From Longimicrobiales bacterium (GTDB lineage: Bacteria > Gemmatimonadota > Gemmatimonadetes > Longimicrobiales > Gaopeijiaceae): DNA of 64,000 nucleotides. The notes under the pieces are model-generated. The model had not been told where the DNA came from and ran no database searches. It saw only the letters and a list, made by a program, of their open reading frames with translations. How positions within the stretch are numbered: position 1 is the first letter of the stretch; the number at the start of each line of letters is the position of its first letter. Positions 58,138-64,000 of this stretch are shown in pieces. Location: the NCBI GenBank assembly GCA_965116905.1, contig OZ220732.1, positions 2,048,001-2,112,000 of the forward strand, written 5' to 3'. The translations under genes and the position numbers were made by a program.

Positions 58138-59100
58138 ATGCCCCGCAGAGACCGTGTCCGCGTCGCCGCCGTCCAGCCGCGCGGCTACCCCTTCGATACG
58201 GCCGCCGCGGTCGAGCACATCTGCGCGGCTACCGCCGAAGCGGCGGCGAACGGAGCGGAGCTGGTGCTGTTCCCCGAGGCGTTTGTCGGCGGCTATCCCT
58301 GGGGCCTCGCTTTCGGGACATCGGTCGGAGGCCGCAAGCCGGCCGGCCGGCGAACGTTCGGGCGCTACCACGATGCCGCCATCACGGTCCCCGGTCCCGA
58401 GACGAGGAGGATGGGCCGTGCCGCGAAGGAGGCGGGCGTCTATCTGGCCGTGGGCGTGATCGAGAAGGGCGCCCGTCATTCGCCCGACACGCTCTTCTGC
58501 ACCCTCGTCTACCTCGCGCCCGACGGAACCGTCGCCGGCCTTCACCGCAAGCTGAAGCCCACGGCCGCCGAGCGCCTGATATGGGGCGAAGGCGATGGGA
58601 GCACGCTGCCCGTTCTCGAAACGCCCTTCGCGCGGGTCGGCGGGCTGATCTGCTGGGAGAACTACATGCCGCTGGCGCGCATGGCCATGTACGGCAAGGG
58701 CGTGGAGATCTACCTGGCGCCCACGGCGGATTCACGAGGCCGCTGGCAGGCCACGCTGCGCCACATCGCGCTGGAGGGCCGCTGCTTCGTGATCGGATGC
58801 AACCAGTTCGTCACCAAGGACCACTATCCGCCCGACATCGAGATCCTTGCCGAGCATGACGACTGGCCTGACACGCTTTCGCGGGGCGGGACCGCCATCT
58901 ACGGCCCGCTGGGCGAACGTATCGCCGGTCCCCTGCATGGGGAGCCGGGCGTGCTCTACGCCGAACTCGACCTGAGCGACATCGTGCGCGGCAAGTTCGA
59001 CTTCGATGTCGTGGGCCACTACGCGCGGCCGGACGTCTTCGACTTCCGTGTTCGCGAGAATCCCCTGACGGCAGTGGGCATCTCGCCCCGGAATCGTTAG
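58138..59100 (+). CDS. Nitrilase (carbon-nitrogen hydrolase family)
   Basis: FPEAF..GYP, HRKLKPT..ER, LICWENYMP (E-K-C triad). Confidence 0.92.
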   Translation: MPRRDRVRVAAVQPRGYPFDTAAAVEHICAATAEAAANGAELVLFPEAFVGGYPWGLAFGTSVGGRKPAGRRTFGRYHDAAITVPGPETRRMGRAAKEAGVYLAVGVIEKGARHSPDTLFCTLVYLAPDGTVAGLHRKLKPTAAERLIWGEGDGSTLPVLETPFARVGGLICWENYMPLARMAMYGKGVEIYLAPTADSRGRWQATLRHIALEGRCFVIGCNQFVTKDHYPPDIEILAEHDDWPDTLSRGGTAIYGPLGERIAGPLHGEPGVLYAELDLSDIVRGKFDFDVVGHYARPDVFDFRVRENPLTAVGISPRNR

Positions 59101-59150
59101 AATAAATATTCTACCAAAACGAAATATCTTTCATACCAAGGATGCTGGAC

Positions 59151-60377
59151 ATGACTACAGCCACCGCCAGACCCACATCGTCCCTGACCGGCCGCTACCT
59201 CGACGAGGCGGAACGCTTCTCCGCGCACAACTATCACCCGCTGCCGGTGGTCCTGGACCGTGGCGAAGGCTCGTGGGTCTGGGATGTGGACGGCAATCGC
59301 TACCTTGACATGCTGAGCTCGTACTCCGCACTGAACCAGGGACACCGGCATCCCCTCGTCGTCAAGGCCGCGCGCGAGCAGCTGGACCGGCTCACCCTGA
59401 CCTCGCGCGCCTTTCACAACGATCAGATGGGCCCGTTCCTGAGGGAGCTCTGCGAGGCGTCGGGGTTCGATGCCGCCCTGCCGATGAACACCGGTGCCGA
59501 GGCCGTCGAAACCGCGATCAAGATGGTGCGCAAGTGGGGATACCAGGCCCGCGGCGTCCCGGACGGCCAGGCCGAGATCATCGTTTGCGAGGACAATTTC
59601 CACGGGCGAACGACGACGATTGTCGGATTCTCGTCCGAAGCGCAGTATCGGGAAGGATTCGGCCCGTTCACCCCCGGATTCAAGCTGGTGCCGTACGGCG
59701 ACGTGGACGCGCTGCGGCGGGCAATAGGGCCCAACACCGTCGGATTCATGGTCGAGCCCATCCAGGGCGAGGCGGGGGTGGTCGTCCCGCCCGACGGCTA
59801 CCTGCGCGAAACGGCGGCGATCTGCCGCGACAGCGGCGTGGCCTTCGTCGCCGATGAGATCCAGACGGGGCTGGGCCGCACGGGCCGGCTCTTCTGTTGT
59901 GACTGGGAGGACGTGCGGCCGGACGTGCTCGTCGTGGGCAAGGCGCTGGGCGGGGGAGTATACCCCGTGTCGGCGGTGATCGCGGACGCCGAGTTCATGG
60001 ACGTCTTCCGGCCCGGCGACCACGGCTCGACCTTCGGCGGCAACCCCCTGGGCGCGGCGGTGGGCAGGGCCTCGCTGCGAGTCATCCTCGACGAGGACCT
60101 GTCGCGGCGCTCCGACGAGCTCGGATCCTGGTTCATGGACCGTTTGCGTGCGATCGCCTCGCCCCACGTCGAGGAAGTGCGCGGCAAGGGACTGCTCATC
60201 GGCGTGGTGATCAAGGAGTCCTCGGGGACCGCGAGGCCCTTCTGCGAAGCGCTGCAGGAGCGCGGCATCCTCGCCAAGGAGACACACCACCAGATCGTCC
60301 GGTTCGCGCCGCCCCTCACGGTGGAGCGGGGCGACCTGGAAGCCGCGCTGACGGAGATCGAGGCGGTGCTTGGCTAA
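59151..60377 (+). CDS. rocD: Ornithine-oxo-acid aminotransferase
   Basis: AHNYHPLPV, YSALNQGH.HP, MNTGAEA, DEIQTGLGRTG, GKALGGG, HGSTFGGNP. Confidence 0.93.
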   Translation: MTTATARPTSSLTGRYLDEAERFSAHNYHPLPVVLDRGEGSWVWDVDGNRYLDMLSSYSALNQGHRHPLVVKAAREQLDRLTLTSRAFHNDQMGPFLRELCEASGFDAALPMNTGAEAVETAIKMVRKWGYQARGVPDGQAEIIVCEDNFHGRTTTIVGFSSEAQYREGFGPFTPGFKLVPYGDVDALRRAIGPNTVGFMVEPIQGEAGVVVPPDGYLRETAAICRDSGVAFVADEIQTGLGRTGRLFCCDWEDVRPDVLVVGKALGGGVYPVSAVIADAEFMDVFRPGDHGSTFGGNPLGAAVGRASLRVILDEDLSRRSDELGSWFMDRLRAIASPHVEEVRGKGLLIGVVIKESSGTARPFCEALQERGILAKETHHQIVRFAPPLTVERGDLEAALTEIEAVLG

Positions 60378-60455
60378 GTCAACTGGACTAAGTCAAGCCG
60401 GGTCAGGCACAACCAGGCAGGGACGCGCTGCGGCACGGGGTCAGCGGCGCGGGGG

Positions 60456-60746
60456 TCAGCTGTCCGGGGCCGCGATCGTGCCTTTCCTGGAGGTGTCGAT
60501 TTCTGCCGCCTCTCCCTCGCCGAACAGCACCGCGGCGATCTGCCCGTAGAGGAAGTCGCGCGACTCGGCCTTGCGCGGGTCGAGCCCGAAGTGGTTGATC
60601 AGCAGGGTCTGGTGCTGAAGCCAGTCCCGCCAGCAGCGTGCGCAGATCTCGCGCTGAATCCGCTCGCCGAGTTCGGATCGAAACGGTGGGCGAGGCAGCG
60701 CGGGGACCGGTTCTCCCGGGTGGTGGCGGCAATCGACGGTGTTCAC
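60456..60746 (-). CDS. YggX-like Fe(II)-trafficking / oxidative damage protection protein
   Basis: PPF..ELG.RI...IC..CW..WL.HQT.LIN. Confidence 0.82.
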   Translation of the reverse strand: MNTVDCRHHPGEPVPALPRPPFRSELGERIQREICARCWRDWLQHQTLLINHFGLDPRKAESRDFLYGQIAAVLFGEGEAAEIDTSRKGTIAAPDS

Positions 60747-60855
60747 GCCGACAAGATAACATCGCCGGCGCCGCGCACCGGCGGGCGCCGTCCGGGCGGT
60801 TTCGTCCACGGACTGATAGATTTGCTCATGCATCGAGTGCAGGCAACGGAGGTAC

Positions 60856-61296
60856 ATGATGTCTTCAGCGAGAGTTCCCGAGACGAGATCCGCGGCGAAC
60901 GGCGAGGGCCCCCTGTTCAGCAAGGAACAGCTGGCGCACCTGGAGAAGAGGCTGCTGGAGGAACGGAGGAAGGCGCTCCGTGGCCTGGGCGTGTTCAACC
61001 AGGCGGCCAAGGAGGATCGGGGGGCCGTCGATTCTGACCTGGCGGCCTACACCGATCACATGGCCGATCAGGGAACCGAGGCGATGGAGCGCGAGAAGGC
61101 CGCCCTCTTCGCGACCAAGGAGGGGCGCTACCTGTACCGGCTTCAGGAGGCTCTTCGCCGCCTGTACCGCGACCCGGACAACTTCGGGCGCTGCCACGCC
61201 ACCGGGAAGCCGATCAGCTTCCAGCGCCTCGACGCGCTTCCTCACGCCCGCTACTGCATCGAGCACAAGCTGGAACTGGAGAAGGAAGGGGGCTGA
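60856..61296 (+). CDS. DksA/TraR family transcription factor
   Basis: GGAGG SD; coiled coil with DHMADQG tip; FGRCHATGKPI...RL.ALP.ARYCIEH. Confidence 0.87.
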   Translation: MMSSARVPETRSAANGEGPLFSKEQLAHLEKRLLEERRKALRGLGVFNQAAKEDRGAVDSDLAAYTDHMADQGTEAMEREKAALFATKEGRYLYRLQEALRRLYRDPDNFGRCHATGKPISFQRLDALPHARYCIEHKLELEKEGG

Positions 61297-61308
61297 CCCG
61301 CCCCCTGA

Positions 61309-62448
61309 TCACTGCATCGCCGCCAGCAGCTTCTCGCCGAGGACCTCCGCTTGCCACTCCCGCACGTCCTCCAGCGCGACGAGTTCACGCAGGTCTTGCG
61401 GGTTTGCGGCGGCCACGGTCCGCAGCACGTGGTTGGCCATGACACGGCCGCGGTCCAGCGTCAGATCCCCGGCCACCCGGTTGCGCGCGGCTTTCAGGCG
61501 CTCAAAGACGGCCTCCTCCTCCGGGGTCGGGCGCGCACGCCTCCTCGCCGGAGCAGGGTAGGGAGACAGTTCGGCGGCGGGGAGGCGGTCGACCTCCTCC
61601 AAAACACGCAGCAGTGACTTGCCCCTTCCGTGGGCGAGCCGGGCGGGGAATCCTCTCACGCGCGCCAGCTGGTGAACGGAGGTGGGAGGCCTGAGGACAA
61701 CTTCCAGCAGCACGGCGTCGGAAGCCACCCTGAACGGGGCGCGGTCCAGATCGCGCGCGACGTCGTCCCGCCAGCCGATGACGGCGCGGAGTGCGGTTAC
61801 GGCCCGCGGGCGCATGCGGCGTGCCTCCCGGAACCGCGTCACCGGATCGGCGGGCGGCTCCTCCGTTTCGGGCGCCGACGCACTGCGGACGAGCCACGCG
61901 CATTCCTCTTCGGCCCAGGACAAGCGACCCGCCTCCCTCAGCCGCTCGCCCAGAATCGCCGCCAGGCGGTGGAGGTAGCGCGTGTCACCCGCGGCGTATT
62001 CGACCATCTCGGCCGACAGCGGTCGCCGGGCCCAGTCCGCCTTCTGGAACTTCTTGGAGACCCGAATGCCCAGGTGCCTTTCGAGGAGCGCCTGCAGGCC
62101 CACCGCGGGTTCCCCGAGCAGACCGGCCGCCACCTGGGTGTCGACCAGGCGGGCCACGCGGATGTCCAGGTCACGGCGCAGCAGCCGGAGATCGTAGGCC
62201 GCGCCGTGCATCAGCACGCTTCGTTTCGGGTTCTCCAGAGCCTTCAGCGACGGCGTGAGATCGACCGCCAGGGGGTCCAGTACGAACGTTCGCTCAGGTG
62301 TCGAGAGCTGTACCAGGCAGAGCCGGTCCGAGTAGCGGTGGTAGCCCGCGGCCTCGCAGTCGACGGCGAGGGTGTCGGCGCCGGCGATGGCACGCTCCGC
62401 GCTGCGCGCCAGTTCGGGTGTGTCCACATAGGACGTAGCTCTCTGCAA
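61309..62448 (-). CDS. rnd: Ribonuclease D (3'-5' exonuclease plus HRDC); start uncertain
   Basis: AVDCE...Y..RLCLVQ, H.A.YD, DTQ.A, DW..RPL, YAA.D. Confidence 0.88.
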   Translation of the reverse strand: MQRATSYVDTPELARSAERAIAGADTLAVDCEAAGYHRYSDRLCLVQLSTPERTFVLDPLAVDLTPSLKALENPKRSVLMHGAAYDLRLLRRDLDIRVARLVDTQVAAGLLGEPAVGLQALLERHLGIRVSKKFQKADWARRPLSAEMVEYAAGDTRYLHRLAAILGERLREAGRLSWAEEECAWLVRSASAPETEEPPADPVTRFREARRMRPRAVTALRAVIGWRDDVARDLDRAPFRVASDAVLLEVVLRPPTSVHQLARVRGFPARLAHGRGKSLLRVLEEVDRLPAAELSPYPAPARRRARPTPEEEAVFERLKAARNRVAGDLTLDRGRVMANHVLRTVAAANPQDLRELVALEDVREWQAEVLGEKLLAAMQ

Positions 62449-62629
62449 GGTGTCGCGCGTCCGTTTTCGTCCGTTTCGGTACGTTTCGGTGAAACCGTCG
62501 CAAGTGGTCGGTCGCTCCAAACTAACCTAGCTTCACTCCCGGCGTTCCGTGTTCCGTGATTCGCCCGGATCACGATCGCGCCCGGATCTTCCAGGTCACA
62601 CGTCTGCCGGAGGGAGTGTGTTGTAACGG

Positions 62630-64000
62630 ATGCTGAGAACGAAAGTGGTCGCGACGATGGGACCGGCCAGTTCCACCCCGGAGGTCGTCACGGATCTCGT
62701 ACGCGCCGGAATGGACATCGCGCGGATCAACATGTCCCACGGCAACCACGAGCATCATCGGCGCGGCGTGCGCCTGGTCCGGGAGGCCGCGCGAACGGTC
62801 GGCCGCCCGGTCGCGATCCTGGCCGACCTGCAGGGGCCCAAGCTCCGGGTTGGGAGCCTCGAGGAGCCCATCACCCTGCGCGACGGCGACGTGGTGACGA
62901 TCGCGCCCGAGGGAGAGCAGTCGCCCGGCGAGATCCCGACGTCCTACACCCGGCTCGCCGAGGAAGTTTCGCGGGGCACGCAGGTGCTTCTCGACGACGG
63001 CCAGCTGGAGCTGGAGTGCATCAGGACCGACGGAGAGCGCGCGGTCTTCAAGGTGGTTCGGGGCGGGATCCTCCGTTCGCGCAAGGGCATCAATCTGCCG
63101 GGCATCGCCGTGAAGACCCCGGCGGTGACCGACAAGGACAGCCAGGATCTGGACTTCGCCCTCGAGATGGACGTCGAGTTCATCGGGCTGTCGTTTGTGC
63201 GCAACGTCAACGACGTGCTCGGACTGAAGGACCGGATCAAGGGCCGGGCATGGCTCGTCAGCAAGATCGAGAAGGCTCAGGCGCTCGACGAACTCGACGG
63301 AATCATGTCGTTCAGCGACGCCGTCATGGTGGCCCGGGGCGACCTCGGTGTGGAGTTGCCCTTCGCATCGGTGCCCCTTGCCCAGAAGCGCATCATACAG
63401 GCGGCGAACGGACACGGCTGCCCCGTCATCACGGCGACCCAGATGCTCGAGTCGATGACCATGTACCCGCGCCCGACAAGGGCCGAAACGTCCGATGTCG
63501 CCAACGCGATCATCGACGGAACCGACGCGGTGATGCTCTCGGGAGAGACCGCGGTCGGCAAGTTCCCCGTGAAGACCGTGGAGGTCATGGTCGGCATCGC
63601 GCGTGAAATCGAACGGAGCGGCGTCCTGGAGAAGGGGCCCCACTACCTGGACCAGATGGGACCCATCCGGCGTCGCGGAGCGTCGCCCCGGGAGCATGCG
63701 GTCGCGGCTTCGTCGGTCCGCGCGGCGCGGGACCTGGGCGCCCCGGCGATCATCGTGATCACCCGCAGCGGCTTCTCGGCCCGGCTGGTCGCGTCCTACC
63801 GTCCCCCCATCCCGGTCTTCTCGGTGTGCACCGACCGGAAGGTCCAACGCCAGCTCTCGGGGGTGTGGGGCGTGCGGCCGGTTTTGGCCGAGCGCGGCGA
63901 GATCACGTACCAGAACCTGACCGACTTCGGCAAGCGCGTCGTGCTCGGTTCCGGCATCGGCCGAACCGGCGATCCCGTGATCGTGACATCGGGCCTGCCA
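62630..64000 (+). CDS. pyk: Pyruvate kinase (3'-truncated by window; absent from the ORF track)
   Basis: Read from DNA: MLRTKVVATMGPA, RINMSHG, DLQGPKLR, KIEK, MVARGDLGVE, ATQMLESM, DAVMLSGETA. Confidence 0.95.
   Translation, partial: MLRTKVVATMGPASSTPEVVTDLVRAGMDIARINMSHGNHEHHRRGVRLVREAARTVGRPVAILADLQGPKLRVGSLEEPITLRDGDVVTIAPEGEQSPGEIPTSYTRLAEEVSRGTQVLLDDGQLELECIRTDGERAVFKVVRGGILRSRKGINLPGIAVKTPAVTDKDSQDLDFALEMDVEFIGLSFVRNVNDVLGLKDRIKGRAWLVSKIEKAQALDELDGIMSFSDAVMVARGDLGVELPFASVPLAQKRIIQAANGHGCPVITATQMLESMTMYPRPTRAETSDVANAIIDGTDAVMLSGETAVGKFPVKTVEVMVGIAREIERSGVLEKGPHYLDQMGPIRRRGASPREHAVAASSVRAARDLGAPAIIVITRSGFSARLVASYRPPIPVFSVCTDRKVQRQLSGVWGVRPVLAERGEITYQNLTDFGKRVVLGSGIGRTGDPVIVTSGLP

Noticed and set aside
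4127..60377. Ornithine cyclodeaminase, speB and rocD as one pathway cluster
   Set aside because: Dispersed in unrelated operons tens of kb apart
1..64000. Many long antisense or alternate-frame ORFs (e.g. 53663..55918 -, 46205..48142 +, 30413..32236 -, 62570..63847 -)
   Set aside because: Shadows of recognisable genes, expected from high GC3; Arg/Pro/Gly-rich with no motifs

Overview
High-GC chromosomal window with about 56 CDS. Gene content suggests a Gemmatimonadota-like bacterium, possibly host-associated (inference only). Most genes are housekeeping or metabolic: glpD, cyclophilin, ornithine cyclodeaminase, moeZ, fused 2-oxoacid dehydrogenase E1, coaE, nrnA, fur, speB, ccdA, ggt, murQ, nrdJ with NrdR boxes, rocD, dksA-like, rnd and a partial pyk. 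Accessory content: divergent VapBC-like and AbiEi/AbiEii toxin-antitoxin pairs; six exported GxGPGE beta-propeller paralogues, one frameshifted, with two clusters each flanked by a paralogous putative beta-barrel gene; a deaminase-blaI-blaR1 operon with a candidate shared operator and a possible nested lipoprotein start inside blaR1; and four 22-bp-phased CAGGGTTTTCCC boxes ahead of two unknown small ORFs. Short tandem duplications are frequent, and several overlap stop codons. I saw no rRNA, tRNA, CRISPR array, integrase or transposase. All calls come from motif recognition by eye, and some start codons are uncertain.
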